Below are positions 39,351 to 51,476 of a DNA stretch of 64,000 bases, in pieces. The first letter of the stretch is position 1. The number at the start of each line of letters is the position of its first letter. The position numbers were made by a program, and so were the translations under genes. The notes beneath the pieces were generated by a model that saw only the letters and a program-made list of their open reading frames with translations, searched no databases and was not told where the DNA came from. Source of the DNA: Camelus ferus (lineage: Eukaryota); assembly GCF_009834535.1 (NCBI RefSeq), contig NC_045697.1, forward strand, positions 50,904,001 through 50,968,000, written 5' to 3'.

Positions 39351-39548
39351 GGGGAGGGTATAGCTCAGTGGTAAAGTACATGCTTAGCATGCATGAGGTC
39401 CTGGGTTCAATTCCCAATACCTCAGTTAAAAATAAATAAATAAAAGTAAACCTTATCCCCAACCCAAAAAAAAGACAATGTAAATACATACATACATACA
39501 TACATACATACATACATACATACATACATAAATAAATAAAAATAAAAT
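39351..39548 (+). mobile_element. tRNA-Ala-derived SINE with (TACA)11 in its tail (39485-39528)
   Basis: ggggagggtatagctcagtggtaaagtacatgcttagcatgcatgaggtcctgggttcaattccc followed by an A-rich tail. Confidence 0.9.
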
Positions 39549-40919
39549 CTTAGAGGTAATGAATAATATACATATTTATAGAATATTATTTTTTTATCCC
39601 TCAGATTAGTAAATATTTAAAAGAAGAAAAATAATTCAGGAGTTACTCCAGGAGTATAAAATTGACACTTTTTTTTGAGAGAAATTCTTTAAAAAATATA
39701 CATTCATTTAACCTGGCAAGTTCACTTGTTGAAAAGTGTCTCAAAGGCATAATTGCGGTTGTGTGCAATTACATATAAACTTTCACTGCAGCATTGTTTA
39801 TAGTAATACAATTTTCAGATTAAGGAACATTAAATAAATAATGGTATAATCCATATGGTATAATACAGTACAGCTAATTAAGATCACATTGCAAAAAAGA
39901 AAAAAACACTGACTGGACATGTGGTAAATTGTTCATAATATGTTTTATGTGATGAAAGCAGGTTGTAAAACAATAAGCCAAATATAATAGCATTTTGGTA
40001 AATATCCATAGAGAAACCATGTCAATAAAGACTTTTACCAAATTGTTCTTGATAACTATATTTGAGAGACGGAGTTGTAGATGATTTTATTCCTCTCCAT
40101 GTCTATGTTTTTCAAGTTTTCCACATTGCATATGTGTAATTATGTGTTTTTACATTACAAAATAAAAATTACAAATTTACAAAAGGTTAAATACTCCAAG
40201 CAAAAGGAATCACTGAAACTAACCAAAGGAAACCAGTTGGAAGCTAATAATCAAAATAAAGACTTCAAGGATGCTTGCAGATTAAAAAGGCAAAACAAAG
40301 TTGCCCAGATACTGAGAATAAACAATGCAGACAATGGGGGTGGAGCATGGATTTGAACAAAGACATTCTGGAGCCTAGGAGATGTAGACTCTGCAGGTCC
40401 TGTTAGTCATCATTCAAGGGTCAGTCTGAACCAGCGGTTGCACTCTAGGGGGCTGGGGGGCCAACATGGCAATCAAATTACTACCCACAGGTAATATCAA
40501 GTCATACTGTCCTCATACATGGTGGTGTAGAATCTCTGGGGTCCAATAAGCCCATTTTCCTGATTTTGTTCAGGTTATTAAAATAGCCCCCCAAAAGACA
40601 AATCTGATCATTCCTGGTCTTCACACACACACACCACAAGTTAACTAGATAAACCATCTGACCTTTCAAACATACAGAATCCTTAAAGTACTATATCAAA
40701 CAGGTAACCTGCACATCTAGAGTGATGGTCAGTCTGTTAATTTGACATTTGAACACGAAGGACACCAGAAATTAACTCTGCTTACAGAACTCATTGTAGG
40801 AATTAAATTTAATTCCTTTTGATGGCTCTGAGGCTTTTATTGTAAAAATAACCTTTTTAAAAATTATCATGTTTACTTTACATAGGAAACAGGTAAAGTA
40901 CCACTGATACCAAAAGGTG

Positions 40920-40921
<2 letters not shown>

Positions 40922-40952
<31 letters not shown>
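40922..40952. repeat. (TG)15 microsatellite
   Basis: Read directly. Confidence 0.95.
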
Positions 40953-40956
<4 letters not shown>

Positions 40957-41127
40957 AAAAGCACTGCTTCCACAGCATGTGTCATCTGAGTGTCTCTGAG
41001 TCTCTGGTTCCTTCTTTGGGGATTGATTTTATTAATTTTAAATAAAAACAAAAAGCTTTGGCCTTTGGTAGTTTTCAAAGAGGTAGCTCTTTTCTTTTTT
41101 TAAATTGTCAGTTCTTTTATCCATTCC

Positions 41128-41380
41128 TTTTTTTAATTGAATTATAACTGGTTTACAATGTTGTGTTAATTTCTGGCGTGTATCATAGTGATTCAGGTAT
41201 ACATACATATAATTCCTTTTCATATTCATAATAGGCTATTACAAGGTATTGGATATAGTTCCCTGTGCTTTCTTTTTAATTGAGGTTTAAGAGACACATT
41301 ACATCAGTTTCAGGTGCCTGACATAATGATTCAATACTTGCATGTATTGCAAAATGATCACCATAAAGTCTAGTTAACTA
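41128..41380 (-). mobile_element. Two short tandem L1 3'-terminal fragments
   Basis: 'ttttaattgaattataactggtttacaatgttgtg...atagttccctgtgct' followed by 'tttaattgagg...caccataaagtctagttaac'. Confidence 0.75.
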
Positions 41381-41589
41381 GACTTTTTAAAATTGGAGGC
41401 ATTGAGGACAAGCAAAATCCCCACATCCAGTTCAGTATGTAGTGACTAAATTACTATTCATTTCTCTTGTATACTTTTGTTACAATAGATTTCAAATTTT
41501 GAGGTCTACTAGATTCTTCGGTGGCACTTGTGAAAAAGAAAAAAAAAAAAAAAATGCCCACCCCTTATCCCAAACCTACTAAATCGGAG

Positions 41590-42600
41590 TCTCATAGGCG
41601 GCCGGGCCCGTGGGTATGTGAGTTTAACACCACGCGCAGGTGGCTCAGGGGCGCTCCAAGGTGTGGGGACCACTGCTGTGGGGGGAAAGGTACCAGTAGG
41701 GAAAGGAGGTGGCAAAAGAACAAGAGGGAAACAATTAAGAAATTTCTAATTAAAAGACAAAATGTTAATAAGAAAGATGTGAATAATGGCACTCAGTCCT
41801 GGTTGGTGTCATTTCTTACAGGCTATTCTCCCAAGTCGGGAGAGACCGGAGAGGAGCGATTAGAATCCGTCCAATTCAGTGGGTAAAGCGTTAACCAGAA
41901 TGTCAGTTCACTTGTCCTCAAGACGTGTGACAGAGAGCAAAGGAGTGTTCCTATCAGCTGCTCCTAGGAAAGAAAGTAAACACTCCCAACATGCACTGAG
42001 GCTCAGGGAGTGGCTCAGGTTTCTAACACTTCCCTGCTGTGGCGAAAAGGAGTAATAATTAACAGCTTCTTGGGCTCGATGATCATCCGTCGGAGGGGCA
42101 TTGCCAGGCGCAGAGCCGAGCCGCTCCGGCTCCGTGTGCCTCCCCTCCTCCCGCGTTTGGCTCCCACCTCCACCGGCACCTCCACCTCCACCTCCCGGAC
42201 AGGTGAGCGAGCACCGACTCTCCGACGCTGCTCAGAGTTGGCGACTGAGCAAGGGGAACAAACTCTCCGGAGCAGGTTCAGCGCAGTAACTACGGTTAAA
42301 ATTCTCCTCCTGTTCGCAGTGTGAGTAACAGGTGAAAAATGGGGTAGGGAAAAGAACCCCTCTAATCTACTCCCCGAGGTCAAGTTAAGGGCAGATTATT
42401 AGAAAGCAGAAGCCACAGGCAGCCAGACTTGAAGGCGTGCATGTATCAGAGCAGTACCGAAACCCGGACACACTTTTCCTTTTGATCTTTCTTATACCTT
42501 TTCCGGATCAAGGTAAGCATGTGGGGAGAGGGGAGGGGAAAGAAAGAAGGGCCTGGAGGTAAGTGTGGCCGCCAGCTCCTCCTCCCTTTTCTAACAGGGG
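41590..42600 (+). promoter_or_regulatory. CpG-enriched promoter and probable non-coding first exon(s) of an unidentified plus-strand gene
   Basis: The most CpG-dense stretch in the window (core about 42075-42320). Plus-strand donor matches: CAG|GTGAGC 42203, AGT|GTGAGT 42321, AAG|GTAAGC 42513, GAG|GTAAGT 42559. Confidence 0.6.
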
Positions 42601-42894
42601 TAGCTAGAGCTCAGTAAAGTCTCTACCTGGAATTGTGCTTACAGAGTAACCTCAAGACACTAGACTCCTGAATGACGTCCCCACCTTTTTGAGTATCCTT
42701 ATGGTTAGAGTGTTGTATTCAATCAGCAGACTTGAAAGGTCTTTTTAATTGAGGGTTCAGCTACACTTTTATTATTTTCCACAAATCAACAGAGACTTCC
42801 CTGCACCCCACCCCTACATCCACACAAAATTTGGAAAGGATTTCTGATAAGACTGCACCAAACAATGAAAAAATAGTCATAATTAAATGGGAGT

Positions 42895-43100
42895 CCATGA
42901 GTTAAGGATATAAATTCTGAAGCAGGAGAACCACAGGTTCAAATCCTACCTTTGCCACTTCCTTGTTTGTCCCTCAGCAAGTTACTTAATCTAGCCAAAC
43001 CTCAGTTTGTCATCTATAAAATAAGTATCATAGCAGGATTGGCCAATAGGGTTTTGATGAGAATTAAACACTTCTACAAATAGTGCCTCAAATCAGCATT
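42895..43100 (+). mobile_element. MIR SINE
   Basis: 'ggttcaaatcctacctttgccacttcc...gcaagttacttaatct...cctcagtttgtcatctataaa'. Confidence 0.8.
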
Positions 43101-43909
43101 AAGAAATTTGCAGCTCGCCAAAGGGTCTGTGTCAGGGACAGTGAGCTGAGCTGGTGAGACCAGACCAGACTGTATAGGGGAACTGGAGATGGATTGGTTT
43201 CCAGATAGTGGGTCCAGGACACGTGAGCAAATGGCAAATGGACAAAACATTACCTCTGAGTAGCAATGAAATTATCTGGCTTCTGGCCACTTTTCAAACA
43301 TAGTATGTGGTGGCATAAATTCAAACTTATTTTTTACTCATTCATTTTTACTTTGGAAAAGTCACATTTATGTGAATCTGTTCTTTCTGAAAAGAAACTA
43401 ATTTTATAATTGCAGAGAAACCCATCAATTTTGGGTTTTATAAGAGAGATTGCCCTTGAATAACTTTGATAAAATTAGATTGTTTAGTCTATGTCCTTAT
43501 ACTATAACACATATTGTACTGTTTGTATTAAAGTCATATAGACTTTTATTTGTGTTTATGAACAAGAAACATAAAAGAATGATACCTGTGTTTCATTGGT
43601 CTTTATCTCTTAAATTACAGGGAAGTGAACTTACTTTATGAAAGTTCATTTAAAGGACACTTTTGTTAGTGTTGCTGATAGTTTAATTAATGTGGATAAC
43701 TTGGAGAAAGGGATAAACTTAGTAAGTGTGACTAGCAAAGTATTTCCATCGATGATATTTTATCTTTTTATTTTAGATAAAACCTTAAATGGTTTGCAGT
43801 TGATCCTAGTTTAATATTATCATTGTTTCTGTTTTCAAATTACAGAGTCAAAATTCCCCAATTTATGGACTTTGTTATTTGGATATTTTTTAGAGCTGGA
43901 AGGAACTGG

Positions 43910-44250
43910 TTTTTTTTCTTCCAGTTTCATCAAGATATAATTGACATAGGACACTGTATAAGTTTAAGCTGTCTAGCATAATAATTTGACTTACATGCAT
44001 TATGAAATTATTATCACAATATCTTTAGCGAACATCCATCATCTCATATAGATACAAAATTAAAGAAATAGAAAAAATTTTCCTTGTCAGGCGAACTCTT
44101 AGAATTTGCTGTCTTAACAACTTTCATATGTAACATACAGCAGTGTTACTTACATTTATCATTTTGTACATTGCATCCCTAGTACTTGCTTATCTTATAA
44201 CTAGAAGTCTTACCTTTTGATTACCTTCATCCAATTCCCCATTCTCCCAT
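43910..44250 (-). mobile_element. Older L1 3'UTR
   Basis: 'gatataattgacata...tgtacattgcatccctagtacttgcttatcttataactagaagt', the reverse-complement counterpart of the 15100-15430 type. Confidence 0.8.
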
Positions 44251-47200
44251 CTTTATAATTGGATATTGACTGGAGAATTGTAGGTAGGATTCTACAGCCA
44301 ACCAAACTGAACTTTACTATGTTACTGTCCTCTGGGGTTTGATTGTGTTTAGTGTAGTTTAGCTAGAAACTTATAAAATAACCCAGCCCATTTAGAATAA
44401 ATTATAGAACCAGTTCACTAAACACTTTTCAAAGAGGAAATATACCTTTATGCTGAATAAATATTTTTAGAACTTAAACCAAGTTTTTTGATTTTATATT
44501 TCTCAATAGGTATATGTTTAAACAACAAACAGTAGCCCCAACTGAGATAAATCTATTAACCATATTTGAGATTAATTTGAGATTAACCTATTTGTTAATC
44601 TCACATAACCAGGTATTAGTCTTCCTAAAGTCCATTTTAGAATACAAATGTTTTTCTACCATTTCTAATGCTTACAACATTTTGTGATACACTATTAAAT
44701 GTTTGGGTCAACTGAGAGAGAGAGAAATAATCAGCAATGATTAAGAAAAAATTAGCTTCTTCAATTATATTTGAAATAGTATAACATAAACGTCATATGT
44801 CTTTTTAACATGCAATTCAAGGTTTCAAACATGATACTTGTTTTAACTTCCTAAAATAAGAAGCATCCTATACTTTTCACTGAAATAGAAATCTAGTGAT
44901 AAGAGTCAATATACTTGGACAGACTTTTGGTTACAGTGCAGACAGGGAATTTAGCATTGTTAGAGATAACATGGGCTTCATATAAAAGTTTAGATTTTTA
45001 AAAATAGTCAAATAAAGTTCAATGGAAAGTACAACCTCTGAGAAAACTTCTTTTGAATATTCTCTTTGCACTAAAGTCTAGTGTTAGAGAGGCTTAGGTT
45101 CTGTTGTCAAAATCAGTCTTTTAAAGCTATCAAATGTAGTGATTTCATCATTTCATAACATCATCTCAGGTACCAAAAGAACCAATGCCACTGCCGTCAG
45201 TAGTTGAACATGAAGATGTCTCTCTGTTAAGAGATGATGGGGTTGTCTTGTAGCTGAGATAGCTGAAGGGCAACTTTTCCATCATCATCCCAGAGTCTAG
45301 TAGATGGAACTCAACAGGAGGAGGGGCTGATTCTTTCGCAGCCAACAGATGAACAGGAAAAATGAGCCATGGTCCCTGTGAAATCAACCTTAGAATTTTG
45401 TCTTGGAAACCCAGGGGAGCAGAGAATCCTCGAGCTGTCCCACAGCAGCACTTCCAGAAGATGCCGTTGGCAGACCAAGCAGCTCCCTCCCAGACTGAGT
45501 GGTGGCCAAGATGCCTCGGGTCCTGAAGTGACTTAAAACTAACTTGCTTCTCCTACTGCTTCTGCATTTCTCACCTCCCTGAGGGCACTCTGGGGAGAAT
45601 AAAGCACATGGCACTAACGCCATGTAAATATGAATAGAACATTAAAGGTTTGACATTGCAAATTAGATCCCAGTGGGACTGACACAGGAGTCTGGTTGTT
45701 TGATCCACATCCGCATCCTGTTTAGTCCTGTCTTAAATACAAGCACTGTAATACATTTGTATTTGTATCTCAAAACAAACATTTCCTAACTGCAATCAAC
45801 ATCACTTAATAAAGTGATCATTTTTGTACTCCAACTCTCAACTTTAACCATCTCTGCAAATGAGGCACATTCTTTAGAAAAAATATGGAGCCAAGTGCTT
45901 CCCAGAAACCATATTCTTCTTGATTCTTTTCCTGTTTTCTAGGAATGGGATAATGGTTAGAATTATAGATGTTTTGTCTCATTTCCTTGAAATGATATAA
46001 TTGTATATAACTGTTCTCTACTCCAAGGTTCTGGGCCAGAGCTTACAGAAAGCAGCTTTGTTTTAGAGCTAAATACATAACTTTCTATTGCTTCTTCTGG
46101 TCAAAATAATAAGTTTTTTAAAACCTCCATGTGTACAGCCTTTAATATAATCTTACTTCATAATTGAAATACATACTTGCTAATCTAATATAATACTCTC
46201 TGCTCTTTTTTTTTCAGTAACTTTTATGGTGTGTGTTATGTAAGATATGTTCCCTGTATATGATTTAGAAAGTACATATGAAATCAAAAGGAAATGATTA
46301 TCACTTATAATTTCATAGCTCTCAGTTTTACCTTTAACATTTTTGTACATCTCTCCCTATATTGAATATACAGATAGTCATTATTTTATGTAAGTTTTAT
46401 CTATATACCTGCATACATGTATCCATTTTAGGAGATATACAAATAAAACAAGCAATCATCCTGTTCTAAAGGAAATTAAGTAAAAGTAAGTAAAATAAAA
46501 CATAATTAGGGAAAGAAAGCTGCAGGTAATTAGAAAGGGGCAGATATTTTGCTGTGAAAGCTCAAAGGCAGAGGAAATTCTCTTTGGCTGGAGACTAGGG
46601 AAGTTAGCGCCTGTATTTTTTAAGTTTGTTATAAAATTATGACCACTTTGCCACTTCCTGTACCCATTGGCCTCAGGAATAAGGGGCTGCAGATACAGAT
46701 AGAGGCTACCCTTCCTGGCTTAACACAGCAAACGCAGAGAAGGAACTCATGAAATCTTTTTTGACTGTACAAAACAGTGGACCAAGTTTTCCACTTTTAA
46801 ACAAGTAATGATTTAATTAATCCATGCTTGAGGAAGGTACTTTAAATAACTGGCTTTTTTGAGTTAATTGGGCTTGGATTCACCTCCCATCCTCTGGCCT
46901 CATTCTGACAACTGGACAGTCCAGGCAAGTCCATGTCTAGGCAGGATACAGAGCAGGGGGCGGGGTGTGAGCCATGGATGCTCTCAGATCCTCTCTGTTC
47001 TCAGCGTTGCCCAAATACTGGTGCTGACTTATTCTGCTTTCTCTGGTTCCTGATCCCTGCTGCCTGCTCAGACCAATTCTACTTCCTTGGCCTTTTCCCT
47101 TCTCTGGTGAGCCTCCAAAGTCTGTTGGAGCCTAGACCTACCTAGTACCTCCAGGATCGTTTATTTTTCCATGATTTAATTACTGGCCTATCTAATTTCC

Positions 47201-48219
47201 TATCTCTTGAGCTCTACTGTCTGGACAAAATTACAAAATAAATAGCCAAACATTAATAAATGATCTTGTTTTATGCACAATCTAAGTCAATAATCTCTGT
47301 CCCCAGGAAGGGAGAGCCCTGTGTGATTCACCCTCCCAGTAAAGTACATAGATTTGTAACAACTACCTTCCTCCTCAAGTCATGTTTGTCATGTTCTACC
47401 AAAATAATTCTGAATGTCCAAAGTAAGACCCCTAGGCTTCTAGACCTATAATTTTTCTTTTTTTCAAGAATCTTCTCCATCTCTGCTAATCATGACCTCT
47501 GATTATTCCTCTCTTAAACATTTTGAGAAAACCACCTCAGACCCTTAAATCAACCAAGACTTTATAATTCAGGTGTTATTCACAAGAGCCCTACCAGATT
47601 TTAATTTGCAATGGATCAGGGTTAATGGGAATAGAAAGAGAAAACTATTGGAATTCATAGATCTATTTCTCACTTCAGCAATCAAGAATGAGACTTTTAC
47701 CAGATCATGTTTTCAGGTATTTCAATTGTTCTAATATTTTGTTTAGCCAATTTTTGAATTGAGACACTGTCAATTATTATTTCCTATTTAATTAACATAT
47801 ACTGCCTGTGAACAAAAATTTTATCCTATTTTTATTTTCTTTCATAAATTCCATTCAACTGTCTTTCTTTCCAAGTTCAGGGAATAATGTAAGGATTTTG
47901 AAATTCTTTAATCACGTCTTCTGAAGCTGGCTATGACTTGCTTCAGCATAGGTCATGAGTTTGACAATATAATTACATAGTAATGTTTGCTATCTTTAAT
48001 GATACCTTAGCTAATTTTTTTATGAATACAAATAGAGAAGAAGCCAGTTAAGAAGCCACTGCAATGACTTCTTCTGTCCATCACTGTCAATTTACACTTT
48101 GTGCTTCTTCAGTTCAAAATATCCCTGACTTCTAGTGCCAGCTAAAATATCACGTCAACTATCAAGAAAAGTTTTATTAATAGTAACTAATCCTTTGGGC
48201 CACATCTGCAACTTTACAG

Positions 48220-49560
48220 TTAGTCAGTCACTCAACAATTATTAATTAAATGCTTTCCGTGTATCAGGCAAAATCCTAAGAACTGGGTGTACCCGGGGAA
48301 ACAAACAAAAAGTCCGTATCTTAAGACATTCACATTGTAGTTGGGGAAGACAGACAATGTAAGTAAATAAGATCCCTTCAGATACTGATAATGGACCTAG
48401 AGGAAAATAATGTGGTTGTGACTAATGGAGACTTGCTTAGGGAGGGCCTTCGAGAGAGGAGACACAGGGACTGAGACCCGAACGATGGGGACAGGCAGCC
48501 ATGTGAAAGTCTGAGGTAAGGTGCTCCAAGTAGGGGGAGGAGCAAGTACAAAACCCTGAGGCAGGAATGAGCTTAGGGAGTGATTGAAAACCAGAAAGAA
48601 GGCCATGTAGACGAAATGTAACCAATGAAGGAAATAATGAAGGGAATGAATATCGAACAGATTGACAGGATCTTGTGGGTCATCGCCAGGAGGTTATACT
48701 TTATTCTAGTTCACTCTTGAAAATCTTTGCAAGGTTTTAAGCACAGAATGACAAAATCTGATTCAGTCTTTAAAATGATCACCCTGGATGCTGCATAGAG
48801 AATGGAATATGGGTCATGAGGCAGATGCAGGGAAACTGGTCAGGAGGATGATTGAATAATCCAGGAGAAAGGTGGCAGTGTGTTGGCTCAGAGTGGCAGC
48901 ATTGAAAATTAAAGCTCTTGAGTTACATATTGGAGGTGCCATCAATAGAACTTACTTTTGGATTGGAATCTGGTTATGATAAAAAAGGAAAAATGTAAGT
49001 TTTAGTTTTGGTGCCCAGTTGGGTAGATGAGAAAGAATTGTAAAGGAGGGAATTCTGGAGCATGGAAAAAAGTCAGTGGTACTGTTTTGGCCATGTTGAT
49101 ATTGAGATGCCTGATAGTTATCCATGTAGAGACTAAATAGGTAGTGGCCTGAGTCTGGAGCTCAGTGGAGAGGCTGGGCTGGAGATGGGTTAGATTACCT
49201 ACAAGAAAATGTAGATAGAAAAGAGAGGATGGCTAAGGGCAGACTATTAGAACAAGTCAGCATTTCATGATCATATAAAGGAGGAGTCAGCAAAGGAACT
49301 AAAAAGTTGAGACCTATGAGACAGCAAGGAAATAAAGCAAGGTTGTTGTGCTTTCTCTTTTGTTTCAAAAGTATCCAAAAAAAAAAAAAAGTGTTTCAAA
49401 GGAGGGAACAATCAACTTTGTCAAATGCTGTGTCAAATGCTGCTAAGAGGCAGAGAAAATGCGGAGAGAAAAATGAACCATTTGGCAAGATACCAGTCAT
49501 TAGAATGTGGACGAAGGGGTACAGCGGGGAGGAAATTAAAAGAATAGATGGTAAATAATC
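48220..49560 (-). mobile_element. L2 LINE
   Basis: 'gcaagtacaaaaccctgaggcaggaatgagctt', 'ttaaaatgatcaccctggatgctg', 'gtctggagctcagtggagagg', 'tgtcaaatgctgct'. Confidence 0.8.
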
Positions 49561-51476
49561 TGGACCCAGGAGGGAGAAGGTAGTGTTTGGGCAGTGAGGT
49601 GACCACTGTCAGGAAATCTCACTAAGGAAAGGTTTCTGCAAACCCTTTCTGTGGATGATTTTAATGACAAAAATCTATGGGCAAAATTTGGGCTTTAGAA
49701 GTAAGAACAAAGGCTATATAACCATACAGCCCAGCCCAAATCTTGTGAGTGAGTAGCTGGGACTGGTTGGGCTCATGGAGCATGCTGCATCTCTCTCTGT
49801 CCCAAGGCAGCCTAAAATGCCCACGGAGCTTCTGACCTACAGAGTTCATTTACCTGCTTGGCTAAGCTTCTGTCTCTTCCGGCATGAGTCCTCCACAAAA
49901 CCTCCTTCCAATGATGTGCTGTCAAAGAGAATGACATTCTTAACTAAAGGAGCACCACTGTTGGAGCAAGAGGTTATGAGTAGAAAATGAGTTAAGGTGT
50001 AAATCAGTGATGACAAGACCAGTGGGCAGCAGAAAGCGGCCTCACAGCAGTGTAGGAAGTAGGCTATGGGAACTGATGGGGTCCCACTGGAGCAGGGACT
50101 GGAAGGAAGCAGAGATTAGGGCCTGCAGGGACGAGGGCCCTTTGGTACAAGGGAAATGGTGAGAAGAGACTTGATGATACGCAATTCCAATAGACTAGAA
50201 GGCCTGGTGTTAAAGAAACCTTCAATTCTGAGTTTAGAAAGGTAGGTTTGGGTGGAGCTGCAGAAAGCCTGAATGTCAGGTTAAGGGACATGGGCTGTAT
50301 TTGCTAAGAACAAAATCCCAGGAAGGTTTGTGAACAAGATGATGTGATGAACAAAACAGTAAAAGCATTAGGGGAACTAGTCAAGCATTCAGCTTAGAGT
50401 GCTCATAGCCTTCCAATAGATTACATGATTTCAAGCTAACAATGTGCTATAAGGAAAAATATGCATCACTGATTTTGTGAAAATAGTTTTTGTTTTCCTT
50501 CTTTTTCTTTCTTTCGTTTTTCTTTTCTTTTCTTTTTTTTGCGGGGGGGGGGGACTGGTATTCAGAAAGACAACATGAAACATCTTCCACACACTTTACC
50601 CCAACCAAAATGACCTGATTCAGTAGGAAAAGGAAGAAATTCCTTCCGCTTCTTTTTTAAAATAAAAAATGGAAATTTCCTCTCTAGCCTACCTCTCTAC
50701 TCTGGCTACATTCCCTATATGATTCTACGGGCCTGAAGCAATGGTAACAAAATACTTGGTTTCTACAAAATGGAATGACTGGAAAACATCATATAAAATC
50801 TCTGGTCACACCCTAATGCCATTTATATGAAGACATAAAAGAGGATATTATTCATGTCAGACCACAGTTTTCAGAGCCTGAAGGAGACTTGAAGGATGTT
50901 ATGTCACACTTAATCAACCCTGCGAGTCAGAGCTTGATTTTGGCTGCCTGGCAACTTAAAACTGTTTGTGGAATGGGGCAGGGTTCAGCCAGTTGGAATT
51001 CGGCTGGAATAGAAGGACTGTGCTCCCTTGCACAAAATCATACAGAAAAGAATTCTTTCTAGAAATACTCCAGAAACAGACTTACCAAATTGGCTGATCC
51101 TTCCTTTCTTTGAGCCACAGTTTCTGTAGTTTTTCTGTTTACATAGTACCTTTTCCTATTTTCTGCACACCTCCAAACATTGCCCTAGGATTTCTTCTCT
51201 AACTTAGCTATCTTGTATTCTCATGTTGCCAAAAAAATGTCAATGATTGCAAAATACCTCTTTGAGGATTGTAGAAACCTTTGGGAATTCAATATCCTTT
51301 TAAAGAAGATAACATTGAGCTGTTTTATAAACAGAAGTTTCAAACTGAATGAATTTTTTTCACAAGTCTGGAAATTTTATTTTAAAATATGACAGCAAGA
51401 CAGCTAATTTTTGTCCAAAAATTCTAGAAATTTTACTATAAAATATAAAACCAGGAAGACTTTAGAAACATTATTT

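Noticed and set aside
40438..40457. CTCF-like motif cactctagggggctg
   Set aside because: Mismatches in the 5' core; cannot be supported without PWM scoring or ChIP data.
42010..42383. Overlapping ORFs of 104 aa (+), 122 aa (-) and 62 aa (+) as protein-coding genes
   Set aside because: All are called from non-ATG starts in GC-rich, stop-poor sequence. The TSTSTS, VEVEV and polyproline runs all derive from one (CCTCCA)n repeat. I recognise no protein family.
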